Positions 22,931 through 37,633 of a DNA stretch of 64,000 nucleotides are shown here, piece after piece (the first letter of the stretch is position 1; each line of letters starts with the position of its first letter). Origin of the DNA: Octopus vulgaris (Eukaryota); assembly GCA_951406725.2 (NCBI GenBank), contig OX597835.1, positions 50,158,001 through 50,222,000 on the forward strand, given 5' to 3'. A model generated the notes under the pieces. It did not search any database. It saw nothing but the letters and a program-made list of their open reading frames with translations, and was not told the DNA's origin. The position numbers and the translations under genes are program-made.

Positions 22931-24869
22931 GTAAGTGTGTTGCTGGGAGTGAAAATGCCTTATATATATATAAGCATGGCCACAGCTCATAAGCTGAAAC
23001 TGGAAAAATCAAAAAAAATCAAAATCAAAAAAATATATCTCCACTCGTAGCATGTCTGGACAGTTACATTCATAAAAGTTGGAGTAGTTGGTGGCAGGAC
23101 TGGTGGAAGTTATCATCAAACTAGAAATCCAACCTGAATGCTTGCAAAAGAGTGAACTCTGCTAAAGCCATCTTAGCATTGTTTTTGGCCACCAAACAAA
23201 GTAATGCCCTTGAATATATAGTATTTTAACACCAAGCCACTGCATACATAGATTAACACTGGAGTCCTAGACTTGTGGGGACCCAGGGCAACTGCCCACT
23301 GTGCCTCTGCCAGGTGGTGGTATCGACCTGAATAATGGGTTAGGTCATACAAGAACTCAGAATGGAAAGATCCAAACCAAATACCACAAAACATCCTGTC
23401 TGATGCTCTAACAATTCTGCTAATCCAGATGGTCACTTCTGGAAAGCCTTTGGTTAAGAACAGTCTCAATCAGGCTTGAGTTGGAGCTAAACCATAGCAT
23501 AATACATTGCCAAAACTGACATTTCATTTCCACTATGTTTCTTCTTCTTCTTCTTCTGATGATGATGCTATTAAGTACCCTGGACTGGTTACTTATTTTA
23601 TCAACTCCCTGAAGGCAAAGTTGACCTTGACAAGATTTGAGCTTGCCATGCAGAGAACCAGAACAAACGCCACAAAGAATGTCTTCCAACACTCTAATGA
23701 CTTTGCCAGTTTGCTCAAAAGTAAATACTTTTATTTTGTCCGACACTGACAATTTTGTTTCTTCATCATCTTTATGTTATTCACAGAAGAGTTGTTTCTT
23801 GCCAACCACATGTTTACAATAGGTAGAGCCAGAAGGAATTTCTCATGTGGTCTTTCCCTGCAAAGAGATGTTGGTGGTGGGGTGATCATACCTTCGACAC
23901 TAAAATGAGAGTATTTTCGGGTCACAGGGGTTTCTTGTCAGCAAAGAACATCATGATAATAATCTTTGCATAATTTTGCAACAAGTTCTTATTTAGTTGC
24001 AGAAAGTTCCTCAACATTCAGAAATACAATGGTCAGTGCCAGCCTTAATGGTAGGCACTGGCCTATCTTCTTGCTTTGAACCAAACAACTTCTAGTATCT
24101 GTTGAGCTTCTGGACATTGTTATCTTTATCTTTCAACTCAACCTCAAAGTTTTTAGTAGAATTCACCAGTTTTGATGAGTATTACTTGATAGAGATCAGA
24201 ATTCAATAAAAATACACAGAGCTGTGTAAAGAAATGAGAAACTATCACATAACCATTCCACTTCAAAGAATCGAAAGAAGAAGGGATTTGTACCTTATCT
24301 TTACTTTATTCTTGTGGAGGAACCCACTGCTTTGGAAAACGAAAAAGCTAGGGGAGTCAACCTCAACAGATAATCAAGGAGTGAAGTCCCTCAGGTGATC
24401 TGCTGTCCTCTTTGACACCCTTCTCGCAACTGCAGAGTAGGTGGGGGCTCTCCGGCCCTGTAAGGTAATTCATCATGGAGAAAGCCATTCCAATGTAAAA
24501 CCTATAGCTTGCTGGTCACTGTAGCCACCTTAGCTCACTGAGCCACTGAGGTCAGATCCCCAAGTTGAAAGTGTGCGATTGGATTGCGCAGACTGACTCT
24601 CATTTTAGAACTGTTAAGTGCAGGCAAGACGAGAAGCTCTGCAACTCCAAAGATGGCAAACTGTTCGTCGTTATGATCTTTGGACACAAAGAAACTGCCA
24701 TCATTATTCCTGTGGATGAACTCAAATGTTGGTTTTGTTGTTGGTGTTTATTTTCCTGGAATTAAAGTGATTTAATTCAAGTAAAATATGATTTAGGTCA
24801 CCATTTCTTATTAAATCAAGTTGTTCATGGAGTGATCCAAATCAGTCTTTATTGTTTGTATTGCAATAG

Positions 24870-24956
24870 GTTTAAAATATGAAAAAGAAAATGAAAGTGA
24901 TTTAAAAGACCAATTAGACTTTCCAGAGGAAGAACCAAAGCATTTCCCTCCTGACA
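24870..24956 (+). CDS. DNAAF5: DNAAF5 exon 3
   Basis: GLKYEKENESDLKDQLDF...HFPPD; ag/gtaagt, 87 nt. Confidence 0.93.
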
Positions 24957-25059
24957 GTAAGTTAATTGATTTTTTTTTTTGTTGATCTGAGAAAAGGGCT
25001 GTGTCTGTGTAATACAGAGTGTGTCAGATGATTGTCTTCTCAGGCACAGCAAACTGCCA

Positions 25060-25570
25060 GAAGTTTCAGTCCCTTGTCATTTCCTCAGTGAAGCCCAATG
25101 TCTAAAGATCCTTACTCACCACTTTGTCTCACATCTTCCTAGGTCTATCCCTTCCACAAGTTCCCTCAATGATTAGAGATTGGTACTTCTTTATGCAGCT
25201 GTCCATATGCAACATGTGACCATACCAGCACAGCCGCCTTCTCTCTTGCACACAACATCTGATGCCTCTTATGCCCAGTTTTCCTCTTAAATCATTTACA
25301 CTCTTTCATGTGTGCACATTGACATTACCCATCCAGTGGAACATGCTGGCTTCATTTCTTTCAATCCTTTGCATGCCCTCTCTAGTGACCCACATGTACC
25401 AGAGCTATTCATACACAGGAATCATACAATCTACCTTTCACTCTGAGAGGGGCGACCATTTGTTATCAACAAAGGTAGCAGCTCTCTAAATTTTGCCCAA
25501 CCTATTCTTATTCTGGCAACTAAGCTTTCAGAACTTCCTCCTCCACTGCTGACTTGGTTACCTAGGTAGA
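25060..25570 (-). mobile_element. Older RTE RT C-terminal fragment
   Basis: Minus strand YLGNQVSSGGGSSESLVARIRIGWAKFREL...; diverged homolog of 25830-26340. Confidence 0.75.
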
Positions 25571-25571
25571 C

Positions 25572-26968
25572 AAGGTAGACAAACCACAGACGCCTTCGGG
25601 TAGATGGCCCTGCTCGATCTGTAGAAAAGGCGTAGGTAGAAACTCTATAAGATGCACCAAGTGTAAGCTATGGACACATAAGAGGTGCAGCAAGGTCAAA
25701 AGAAGGCTAAACTGGGAAGAAAGATTTTGTATGTGGCAGATGCTCAGTAGCAATAAACTCTGAAAATGTGCAGAAAACAACTTCCGTCACTTTCCAGGGG
25801 GAAAAACTAGAAGTAGTTGACAGATTCCGTTACCTAGGTGACCAAGTCAGTAGCTGGGGTGGGTGTGCTGAAAGTGTAACTGCTAGAGTAAGAATAGCCT
25901 GGGCAAAGTTCAGAGAGCTCTTACCTCTGCTGGTGACTGAAGACCTCTCGCTCAGAGTAAAAGGCAGACTGTATGATGCATGTGTACGAACAACCATGCT
26001 ACATGGCAGTGAAACATGGGCCGTGACTGCTGAGGACATGCGTAAGCTCACGAGGAATGAAGCCAGTATGATCCGATGGATGTGTAATGTCAGTGTACAT
26101 ACTCGACAGAGTGTAAGTACCTTGAGAGAAATGTTGGACCTAAGAAGCATCAGATGTGGTGTGCAAGAGAGACGATTGCACTGGTATGGTCATGTGGCAA
26201 GAATGGATGAAGATAGTTGTGTGAAAAAGTGCCACACCCTAGGTGTTGAGGGAACCTGTGGAAGAAGTAGACCCAGGAAAACCTGGGATGAGGTGGTGAA
26301 GCACGACCTTTGAACTTTAGGCCTCACCGAGTCAATGACTAGTGACCGAGACCTTTGGAAATATGCTGTGCGTGAGAAGACCCGGCAGGACAAGTGAGTC
26401 CATCCCAGCCAGCCCACTTATGCATTCCTTCCCTCCCTTGGACACACGAAGACCTGTTGAGGCAAGCGAAGTTGAAATCGAACCTCATCCAATGACAGGC
26501 ACCCATGCCAACCTCCCTTCATTGGACACTAAACTCTGCTTGTGAAGACCTGTTGGGGCAAGTGAAATCGGAATCGAAATTGAACCAATCCTATGACTGG
26601 CACCCGGCAGTTGCCAGGGCCGCTGGACTGACTCCCGTGCAGGTGGCAAGTAAAGAAACACCGTTTCGACCCTGTACTTGTGGAGATCCATTGAGTCAAG
26701 TACACCAACATCAAAAATCAATGGAAACTGCACGTAAAAAGCACCAATCCGATCGTGGCCGTTGCCAGCCTCGCCTGGCACCTGTGCAGGTGGCACGTAA
26801 AAAGCACCTAGTACACTCACGGAGTGGTTAGCGTTAGGAAGGGCATCCAGCTGTAGAAACACTGCCAGATCAGACTGGAGCCTGGTGCAGCCTTCTGGCT
26901 TCCCATATCCCCGGTAGAACCGTCCAACCCATGCTAGCATGGAAAACGGACGTTAAACGATGATGATG
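25572..26968 (+). mobile_element. 5'-truncated RTE LINE (PHD-like finger, RT C-terminus, 3' UTR, (GAT)n tail)
   Basis: LEVVDRFRYLG, ARVRIAWAKFREL, MLHGSETW, RRLHWYGHVARM, RPRKTW motifs. Confidence 0.9.
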
Positions 26969-27225
26969 AGAGAAGATGCAGGATTTGAACTCAGAATGCA
27001 GTTGCAACACAGATACCACAAGGTATCCAGGATGGGATACTTTGTAGTATCTGCCATGAGTTATTTGCCCTGGAATGATGTTTTATTTATGAATCCTTAT
27101 AAGGATGAAGGGCACAGGTGACTTCAGTGGTAGTTGAACTCAGAACCCCAGAGTTGGAACAAATTCTTCAAATCATTGCATCTAGTCCTGTAGCAATTCT
27201 GTTATCTTGCTGCCTCAATGTTTAA

Positions 27226-27440
27226 CCCTTTAGCGTTCAAACCGACCGTATCCAGCCCAAATATTCCACCTGTTTTATGTTCAAACCAGCCAGATCCAGT
27301 CTCTCACACATACCCCACAATGTCATTCTAAAAATAAACAATCACATCATTGAAATCTTTAAGTTATGATGCAGGATTAATTTAAAACAATTTGATCAAA
27401 TAAACATTACATTCGACAGAGTAATCTGAATGTCAAAGGT
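27226..27440. mobile_element. piggyBac-type MITE
   Basis: TTAA on both sides; termini ccctttagcgttc / gaatgtcaaaggt; partial reverse copy near 32440. Confidence 0.65.
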
Positions 27441-27579
27441 TTAACAAAAATATATTCAAATAATTCATCAATAAATTTTTTTTTTGCAACATTATACAAT
27501 TCTTCAGTCCAAAATCTTCATTTTTTCTTTTCTTATTTCCTCTTTTTTATTTATTTATTTATTTTTGTTTTGCTTTTAG

Positions 27580-27812
27580 CTGAGAGACCGAATTTGGGAT
27601 GTCGTGTTCTTGTGAATCGTCACTTATCCAAAATATTACCTGCATTAGTGAACGATCTGAAGGACTGGGTTCCAGCTACTCGCGTCCAAGCATCAAGTTT
27701 GCTGTGTGTGCTTCTGTTGAATGCTGAGAGGAGTATAACACAACACTTACAGATTCTCTTGTCTGGGATGTTTACAGCCTGCAAAGATGAAGAAAAGCAA
27801 GTGGTATCAAAT
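27580..27812 (+). CDS. DNAAF5: DNAAF5 exon 4
   Basis: ERPNLGCR...DWVPATRV...ACKDEE; ag/gttagt. Confidence 0.93.
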
Positions 27813-28074
27813 GTTAGTCACTTTTTGATTTGCATTTTTTGGACCTTTTTTTAAAATTTATGGTCTTTCCTTCCCTACTAAGGACAGAATGTGTTTTTTA
27901 ACATGGCTTATAGGTGCAGACATAGCTATGCTGTCATGAAGTTTGCTTCCCAACCACATGGTTCCAGGTTCAGTCTCACTGCATGGCACTGTGGGCTCAT
28001 ATCTTTTACTATAGCCCTAGGTCAACCAAAGCCTTGTGAGTGGATTTGGTAGATGAAAACTTAAAGAAGCTAGT

Positions 28075-28127
<53 letters not shown>

Positions 28128-28264
28128 TGCTGGGTGTGATGTACAGAAATTGAATATTGAGAAAATAAGTTGTCAGAATTTTAGAAAAAATGATTTTTTT
28201 CCAAAAGTCTGATGATTTTTTTCTCAGTATATGTATATATATATATATATATGCATATATGCAT

Positions 28265-28695
28265 ATATGCATATATGGGTACAGGATGTTGCCAACTGTG
28301 TAAACTACATGAAATATACAGACAAATGAATTAAATACGTCAACAACAAGAGAAAAAAACAGAAAACATGACAAACAAACGATCTTTCATCTGTTGTCAG
28401 TCTGTCTGTCTACTCCTCATTTCGAGCATTCAACGACAAAATATGAGTCTTCAAAGACAGTTGCTCCCATAAATGTTAAAATAAAATTTAGGATTTATGG
28501 AGGGCCAAAGTTGGGAACAAAAACAGGACAGTGGAGACATACAAGGAAACCGAATGAAAACAAAACATGGAGGGTTGTTAGACCAGAATGAGAGGAAAAT
28601 AGTGAATGCTGGGAGGAATATTTTCTTTGAAAAGAGGTCTACGTATTTCCTGTTGTTTACACAGTTGGTGACGACCTGTACCCATATATGCATAT
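28265..28695. mobile_element. Foldback element with ~57-bp imperfect terminal inverted repeats
   Basis: atgcatatatgggtacagg..ccaactgtgtaaac pairs with gtttacacagttgg..cctgtacccatatatgcat; related sequence at ~56875-57170. Confidence 0.65.
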
Positions 28696-28996
28696 CATCA
28701 TCATTTAGCGTCCGTTTTCCATGCTAGCATGGGTTGGACGGTTCAACAGGGGTCTGTGAAGCCAGAAGGCTGCATCAGGCCCAGTCTGATCTGGCAGTGT
28801 TTCTACGGCTGGATGCCCTTCCTAACGCCAACCACTCCGCGAGTGTAGTGGGTGCTTTTTACGTGCCATCCGCACAGGAGCCAGACGGAGCTGGCAAACG
28901 GCCACGAACGGATGGTGCTTTTACGTGCCACTGGCACGGAGGCCAGACGGTGGTGCTGGCAACGGCCACGAACGGATGGTGCTTTTTACGTGCCAC

Positions 28997-29030
<34 letters not shown>

Positions 29031-30058
29031 GCATACGTATATATATATTATTTATTATTATTTAATTGAACGCCACATCCATTTCCAAGTAAGTATACAT
29101 ATATATATATATATATCATCATCATCAGTTAATGTATGTTTTTCATGCCGGAATGGGTTGGACGGTTTGACTGGGATCTGGGAAACCAGGAGGCTGCACC
29201 AAACCCCAATCTGATCTTGCAGTGTTTCTAAAGCTGGATGCCCTTCATAAGCCAACCACTCTGAGAGTGTAGGGGGTGCTTTTTATGTTCCACCGGCACA
29301 GGGGCCAAAGGAGGCTGATATCGACCATCATCGGATGGTACTTTTTATGTGCCACTGGCACAGAAGCCAGTCAAAGTGGCACTGGCATCAGCCACGATTC
29401 GGATGGTGCTTTTTATGTGCCACCAGCATGGGAGTCACAACTAACATTTCCATTTGATTTGATTTTCATATTGCTGATGTTGATGTACTTGACTCAATAG
29501 GTCCCCTCAAGCATGGCATGTCACCCTACAATCCAAGGTACTTTTGGGTGGGCTGATTATGTGATGCTGGTGTAGATTACACCTGTGAACTCACTTTATT
29601 TGCCAGGTCTTCTCAGTCACAACATACCTCCTGCTTCACCACCTCATCCCATGTCTCTCTCTACCCCAGATTCCTTCCACAGACACACACACAAAGACAC
29701 ATATATCTATCTGTCTGTCTGTAAATATTTATTGTCTGTGAAAATTATAGAATATAAAACAACTTTGATAAAAAATTATATCTACTTTTCTGACGAAAAC
29801 AATGCCATTCTGAACATTTTGGCCGCCACTGTACATGCCAAAACTGACCTCGTCTGTACTTGTGCAATGTAAAAAAGCACTTGATTCACTCTGCAGAGTG
29901 GTTGGTTTTAGGAAGGACGTCCAGCCGTAAAAACCATGCCAAAACACACCATGAAACATGGTGCAGTCTTCTGCCTAGCCAGCTCCTGACAAACCATCCA
30001 ACCCATGCCAGCATAGAAAGCGGACATTAAATTATGACGATATATATGTATGTATATA

Positions 30059-30120
<62 letters not shown>

Positions 30121-30802
30121 CACACACACAACAAGCTTCATACAGTTTCCACCTACCAAATCCACTCACAAGTCTTTGGTCAGCCTGAGGTGCCACACAG
30201 TGAGTTGAACTTAGAACCATATGGTTGGGAAGCAAGGCACGTAAAAAGCTCCCACTACACTCTCAGAGTGGTTGGCGTTAGGAAGGGCAACCAGCTGTAG
30301 AAACTATGCCAGATCAGATTGGATCCTGGTGCAGCCTCCTGGCTTGCTAGTCCTCATGCAAACATGGAAAACTAAGTATTAAGAAAAAAAACAATGGTGA
30401 TTTAGATTTTGTGTAATTGTTGTTTTTGTTGTTATTAATTTTACTCCCAGAGCAGGCTTCTTATCAAAGATGCTCCCAGCCATGCCCTATATAAGACTAC
30501 ATTATTCAGAAGACAGTGTATGTTATAAGGCAGATTTGGCTGTTGTTTTTAGCAAGTGAAGCAATCATGTAGGCCTTCTCATCCACTGGTTTGTGTAAGC
30601 AAAGTGTTTTAACTGCTCAGTGTCACAGCCACTTTCTCCTACCCGAAACCAGTTGACTGTGAAGTAACATTGTCATTTCATCTCTTAGCTGCTTACTCTC
30701 CTTTGCCTTTTGGTTAGAGTGAGATTAGAACTACTCTCCATTTGGGTATTGAACTCATTTCCATTTTGACTTTGCGACTTTTAATTAATTTCTTCTCCAC
30801 AG

Positions 30803-31012
30803 ATGCTAAAATCTGCCAAACTGGTTGGTTATTTTGTCCAAATAGAAACTTGGAGTCACCTTCTTTTGGATCACATTTGCAAAAACCCTGATGCAGCTTC
30901 TTTGATGATTCTAGCTGCAATCATCGAAGGCTGCGACCGCAGCGAACTCCATGGCCACTTGGAAGCAATCTGCAACACACTGATTCTACCAGATGTCTCT
31001 TATCATTTACAG
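30803..31012 (+). CDS. DNAAF5: DNAAF5 exon 5
   Basis: SAKLVGYFV...; cag/gtatat, 210 nt, phase 0-0. Confidence 0.9.
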
Positions 31013-31467
31013 GTATATTTTCAGTTTTTGTTTTTGTTTTGTTGAACAGTTACAATTCTTGATATTATAAACATCAATATGTGACAGTCAAGAGGGATGG
31101 GCAGGTTGGATCTAAACTATATGCTCCCTACTAACTGGAGATGAAAAAACAAAATACTGCAGATGCAAATCTAACCCAAAAATGGTTTACATTCTAAGAA
31201 TTTAGAAATTTTGAGAGATAGCTTTTATCTTTTACTTGTTCTAGTCATTGGACTGTGGCCATGCTGTGGCACCACCTTGAAAGGTTTATTCAATTATAGT
31301 GAGCTCAGTACTTATTACTTTTTAAGTTTAGTACTTAATCTGTTTCTTTTGCCAAACTGTTTAGTTCAGGGATGTAAACAAACCAACACCAGTTGTCAAG
31401 TAGTGATTGAGACAAACACAAAGATGCACATATAGAGATATATATACATATAAATGTGTGTGTGTAT

Positions 31468-31513
<46 letters not shown>

Positions 31514-33207
31514 TCATCATCATCATCATTTAATGTCTGTTGTCCATGTTTGACCAGGGCTGGCAAGCTGGAAGGCTGCACCAAGTTCCTGTCTAATTTG
31601 GCATGGTTTCTTTGACTGGATGCCCTTCCTAACGCCAACCACTTTGCTGAGTGTAACAGGTTCTTTTACGTGCCACCAGCACAGGTGCCATTTGTGTGAC
31701 ACCAGTATGTGTCACAACTATGATTTTATGTGGTTTGATAGGTCTCCTTTTCAAGCACAACATAATGCCAAAGGTCTCAATCATTGCCTCTGTGAGGCCC
31801 AACACTTGAGAGGAGCTCAACCATTTTGCCTTTGTAAGGCTCAACACTCGAAAGGTGGATTTTTATGTGCTACCTGCACAGGTGCTGCTTACGTAACATC
31901 AGCTTCAGCTATGACTGTGATTTCACTTGGATTGACGAGTCTTCTCAAGCACAGCATATCGCCAAAGGCCTCAGTCACTTGTCCAAAGTTTGGAGATCAT
32001 GCTTCACCACCTCATCTCATCTCTTCATGGGTCTACCTCTAGCACAAGTTCCCCCTCTAGCACAAGGGATCAGCACTAGTCTTCTTTCAATTTTCATCAA
32101 CCAAATCCACTCACCAAGTTTTGGTTGGCCTGAGGCTATAGTAGAAAAAACTGGCTCCCAAGGTGTCGTGCAGTGGGACTGAACCTAGAACCATGAGGTT
32201 GGGAAACAACCTCTTACCACACAGCCATGCCTGCACCTGCAGTAGATTATTTTTTTTTTTTACAGTGGAACTCGAAGTAGATAAAACTATAAAGATTAGC
32301 ATGGAGAATATTGGATTAATAAACACTTGGACAGAAAAGAGTTGAAAGCCTTCAGCATTTTTCCATCCGAGGGTTTTTTTTAACCCATTATTTTAGACGC
32401 TGTTAAATATAGCTTTATCTGCTTCAAGGTCCTTTGTTAATCCTTTAACATTGAAGTTACTCTGTTGATTGTAACGTTTTATCACTCACATTGTTTTAAA
32501 TTAATCTTACATCAGCTTTTGTAGCTGAGGACAGCTTTTGTCTTTTACTTGTTTTAGTTATTAGACTGTGACCATGCTGGAGCACTGCCTTGAATAAATT
32601 GACTCTGACAATTTTTCTTGTTTTTTTTTTAAAGCTTGGTACTTATTCTCTCAGTCGTTTTTGCTAAGTCTTGAGGATACAAACATAAACAACATTGGTT
32701 GACAAGCTGTGATGGGGGACAAACACACACACACACAGATGTGTACACATATATATATATGTAGACAAAGGGCTTCTTTCAGTTTCCGTCTACCAAATTC
32801 ACTCACAAGGCTTTTCTCAGCCCAGTGCTGCAGCAGAAGTCAGTTGCCCCAGGTGCCACGTGTCGTGAGACTGAACCTGAAACCTTGTGACTGGGAAGTA
32901 AACTTCTTGCCACACCTGTACTTATATCATTTTTTTTAGCTTTAGAACAACATTGCAAGGTAGATGTTGGTGGATTGGGTATGATTGCTTTGAACAGCAA
33001 ATAGATAGAATATTTGGGCTGGAAATTATCAGGTTTAGAAAAATGTTTCATCTCTGAAGGTGACTTTTGAAAAACCATATTCTTACTCTCTCAAAGCATG
33101 CGTTATTAAATAACAAATTTAAAAAAACCCCAGAAAAATATGTTAAGAGTTGAAAACAATTTCTCTTCTTTATAAATGGCAAATAAAAATCAATCTATGT
33201 AATTGTT

Positions 33208-33425
33208 GTGGAGGCGTGGGGGTCAGGGGTCATAAGATTATGGTTTCAATTTCTGGACCAGGTGATGTGTTTGTGTTCTTGAGCAAAACACTTCATTTTG
33301 CATTGCTCCAGTCCACTCAGCTGGTAAAAATGAGTAACGCTGCGATGGACTGGTGTCCCATCCAGTTGGGGAATATACATAAGCCAGAGGGAGTGAGAAA
33401 CCGGGTTGGCAGCCCTCTGCTCCAA
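33208..33425 (+). mobile_element. SINE family D (ttcttgagcaaaacacttc...gatggactggtgtcccatccag)
   Basis: Second copy at ~46715-46960; central motif resembles widespread metazoan SINE domains. Confidence 0.65.
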
Positions 33426-33486
33426 CAAGAGTAATGTGGACTAACCTAACAAATGTAATTGCTATTGTTTGAATATTGTGTTTCAG

Positions 33487-33636
33487 GTGAATGTATTGGT
33501 GGAATTGTATCACTGTGTCCAATCTGTGTTGTCTGTTGCCAAGGAAGATTGCTCAGCAGTTAGCTTCCAGTTGTTTACTGTTCTTATTACTATCTTGTCT
33601 TTGAATCCAACTGAGAACAGTCAGCTTACTGAACAA
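33487..33636 (+). CDS. DNAAF5: DNAAF5 exon 6
   Basis: VNVLVELYHCV...SFQLFTVLITILSL; cag/gtaagt, 150 nt. Confidence 0.88.
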
Positions 33637-35363
33637 GTAAGTTATTCTTCTTTGTATGTATGTATGTATGGGTATATATATAAATGTGTGTGTAAATATA
33701 CACATATATATCTGTTAAGTGGTTCATCCAGATACCCTGCTACAACAGACAGTTGGTGTCTGGGCAGCTCTCCGGCTGACCAGTTCCATGTCAAACCATC
33801 CAAGCCATGCCAGCATGCAAAGTGGACATTAAACAATGATGACATATCATCATCATCATTGTTTAACGTCCATTTTCCATGCTAGCATGAGTTGGGTAGT
33901 TTGACAGAAGCTGGTCAGCCGGAGAGCTGTCCAAGCTCCTATTTGTTTGTTTTGGCACTGATTCTATGGTTGGCTGCTCTCTCTTTGTGCTGCTGGCCTG
34001 AGTGCACCTTGCATGGCCATTGGCGTGAGTGCATTGTGCTTGGCGCCAACATGTGTGTGTCTTGTACAGCACCAGTGGAACCAGCACAAGTGCGTTACGT
34101 GTGGCACTTGGTACGAGTGCATTTTACATGGCATTGGTACCTACAAGAAGAGAGCTCATGGTTGGGAAAGGGAGTGGAGTGTTTGCCCATAAAAGACATG
34201 CCTAAATGTATGGGTGGCCATGGTTTTACTTAGCTTGATGTGTCTTCAGCAAATTGCCACAAGTCTGAGTCCCTTGTCATCTCCTCATGTATATATATGT
34301 ATGTATGCATTCTTGCATGCTTGTTTGTTTATTATATAGCTTTTATCCTTTACTTGTATCAGTCATTGGACTGCAGCCATGCTGGGGTGCCACCTTGAAG
34401 GGTTTGGTTGAACAAAGCGAATTTAGTGCCTATTTTTTTTAAAGGCTATAACATATCAGTCACATTTCAGGAACTGCTAGCTTATGGGGACATAAACAAA
34501 CCAGCACCAGTTGTCAAGCAGTGAGTAGGGGAACAAACACACATACACATAGGTATTTACATGTATATGTATATACATATGTGTGAGTTATTGTCTATCA
34601 CATTCATTAACAAGACTTTGATTGGCTCAAGGCTATAAGTGGAAGGTATTTGATTCCAGAGTGCTCTGCAGTGGGACTGAACCCAAAACCATGTGGTTGC
34701 TATGTCTATGTATTTAATAAGTATTGTGAATTGAACTTGAGACCATTGAGTAACTCCTAAAGTGTTTTCAGCTTTATAAATACACACACACACACCACAT
34801 ATACAACTGGCTTCTTTCTGTCTGTCAAATTCACTGACTATAGCTAGGCTATAGAAGTAAAACAGAAGACACTTGCTCAAGGTACTACACTGTGGGATTG
34901 AACTGGAAACCATCTGGTTAGTAAGTGGACATCTACACCTGTGTATGTCTGTGTGTGTGTGTATATACCAGTTTTCAGAAGTGGTACAGTGTGTTCTTAC
35001 ATGCTGTGAGAGACAACTAAAAGATTTGGCTGGGGGCACAGCCATAAAACATTACCTCAGAAAGTCCAGTCTAACCCACACCAGTGCAGAGAAGTAGACA
35101 CAAAAGCAATGACAATGTCAGTGATAGGAATGGATGACAGAATTGATAGAGCATCAGTTATAAGACCTGGTGTTGTTTGGTTACACCCCTTTGTTTTTCT
35201 TTTCAAATCCTGCTCAGTCGACTTCTGCCTTCATTAAAACACACCTTGATGAACTTTGTGTGACAGGAAATAAACAAAAGAAACAATTTGATTATTTAAA
35301 AGGATTGTAAGTTGACTGTTCTTTTTGAAATAAACTTCAGTTTCTTATTTCGTCACTATTTAG

Positions 35364-35538
35364 TGTCAGAACTGTCTCCAAGAGTTAGCTGATGTCCAAG
35401 AATTACCTGGTGCCTCAAAGCAACTCTTTAAAGAACACAGTCCACTGCTACTGGTCAAACTGAAAGAGACACACAAAGAATGGACAAGTCAGTCATTTGA
35501 AAGGAGTATCTTTGAGACTCTTTTAATGAAAGCTAATG
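35364..35538 (+). CDS. DNAAF5: DNAAF5 exon 7
   Basis: CQNCLQELADVQ...LFKEH...EWTSQSFERSIF; tag/gtaagt (an in-frame alternative acceptor 6 nt downstream is possible). Confidence 0.88.
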
Positions 35539-37633
35539 GTAAGTTCTTTTATTTTACTTTTTCTTTTGTTTTTGTTATATTTTCCTCATCAACATGAATC
35601 AAGCAGAGAGCAAGGGCATTATAAATACCAATTTTGGCAGAAAAGAACAGCAGACCCCACTCTAATGGGATGTAAATCAGGGCAACAACTATGTTAACAA
35701 TTATTCTATAGAATGCTTCAGAAAGAATGGTTATCAGAGTTGATAGGATGTTGGGGCACCAACTTGGAGGTTTGTGAATCATGAATTGTTGCAAGCTGTG
35801 GGTTGCCCATACAGTAAGCTTTCTACAGTGCAGTCCATTTAGCTGCAACTAGCTGCTATAAGATGGTCTATAATCCACCAGTGCTGCATGAGTGATTTTT
35901 TGGCTAAATGCAAGGTAGGGTTCTTTACAGTCTTCGACAAAATTTACCTGCAATTTTTGTGTCTTGTCTGATTAAAAGCATTGGACATCAGAGGAAAACA
36001 TCTACTGTATTTACAAATGTATAAGATGCTCTTTATATATTTTTAGATGCATACAAAAATTGGCCTGCATTTATTAATGCAGCTGTATTACAAGTGGAAG
36101 ACCAAGTGTCATAGATGAGGGAGCTTGACGAACGTAAGTCTGCAGGGGACAGTAATTGGTACTAAACAAAAAAAAAAAACTATTGTCAACAAGCGAAATT
36201 AAATTGTCACAGACTGTTGGTACAGACTTATGAAAAATTGACTCCAGCATCTCTGCAGTTATGTGGGGAGGTTGCCTCATCTCTTCATACCTCCTTCCCA
36301 CACATAACCCACATTTAAAATATGTTGTACATTACTTAACGACTGTGTTACCTTTAAGAAACATTTTTTAAGTATTTAAATAAAAAAACATTCTCCTAAA
36401 AAGATGACAAAATGTTAATAAATTTTCAACTGCATCTCAGCTTTTTGCAATAAACGGATGACAACAAAAACTATTTGAATGATGCACCACCCTAGTGACT
36501 GATTGAGGTTGCACAAAGCATCAGTCCTAGAAATACATGTTTTACATCTTGTATGGCAATTCTCTTCACTACCAAAATATAAACAACCTCGCAGCTGACT
36601 GAAAGAAGATCACCATCGTTTAACATCCGCTTTCCATGCTGGCATGGGTTAGACGATTTGACTGAGGTCGTGCAAACCAGATGGCTGCACCAGACTCCAA
36701 TCTGATCTGGCAGAGTTTCTACAGCTGGATGCCAACCACTCCGAGAGTGTAGTGGGTACTTTTAAAGTTGAAATATGCTTCTCCTGTAACATAGTTTAAA
36801 TTAATGATGCATTTTTGTTTACATTCATTATTTCATTATACTGTGCATGCTGATGTCATGTAAAATGCACCTACACCAGTACCATCTTAGATGCACCTCT
36901 GCCGGTACCACATAAAACGCACCCATGTCGGTACCGTGTAAAAACCACTCATGCCAGCATCATGCAAAGCACCCAGTAAACTCTGTAAAAGTGGTTGGTG
37001 TTAGGAAAGGTCTCCAGCTGTAGAAACCATGCCAAAACAGACGACTGGGGCCTAGGGCAGCTGTCTGGCTGACCAGGTCCTGTCAAACCATCCAACCCAT
37101 TCAAGCATGGAGAATGGAAGTTTGTTGTTGTTGGTGTAGCAGCAGCAGCAGCACAGTTTCATGCATTATTTCCCTTATGAAACTACTTTTGAAGAATTTT
37201 CAGTCGAATGAATTGAACCCGGGGCTTACGTTTTTTTAAAGCCCGGTCTATTTTGCTGAACTGCTAAGTTACAGAGATGTAAACACACCAACACCAGTTG
37301 TCAAGCTGTGGTGAGGGACAAACACACACACACACACACATATATGACAGGCTTCTTTCAGTTTCCATCTTCTAAATCTACTACCAAGGCTTTGGTTGGC
37401 TTGAGGCTGTAGTGGAAGACACTTATCTAAGGTACCATGCAGTGGGACTGAACCTGGAACCATGTTGTTAGGAAGCAAGCTTCTTACCACATAGGCTTGC
37501 CTGCACCTATGCCACATCAAAATCATAGATACAAAGATATAGATATGTGTAGAAATAGATTATGTATTTATGGAAACAGAGAAAAAGGGGAAAATGCTAC
37601 GAATGTTCTAATAAAAGAAAGTTTCTCTTACAG

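Noticed and set aside
25060-26340. Twin-priming inversion of one RTE insertion
   Set aside because: The inverted halves overlap in family coordinates and are clearly diverged, so they are independent insertions
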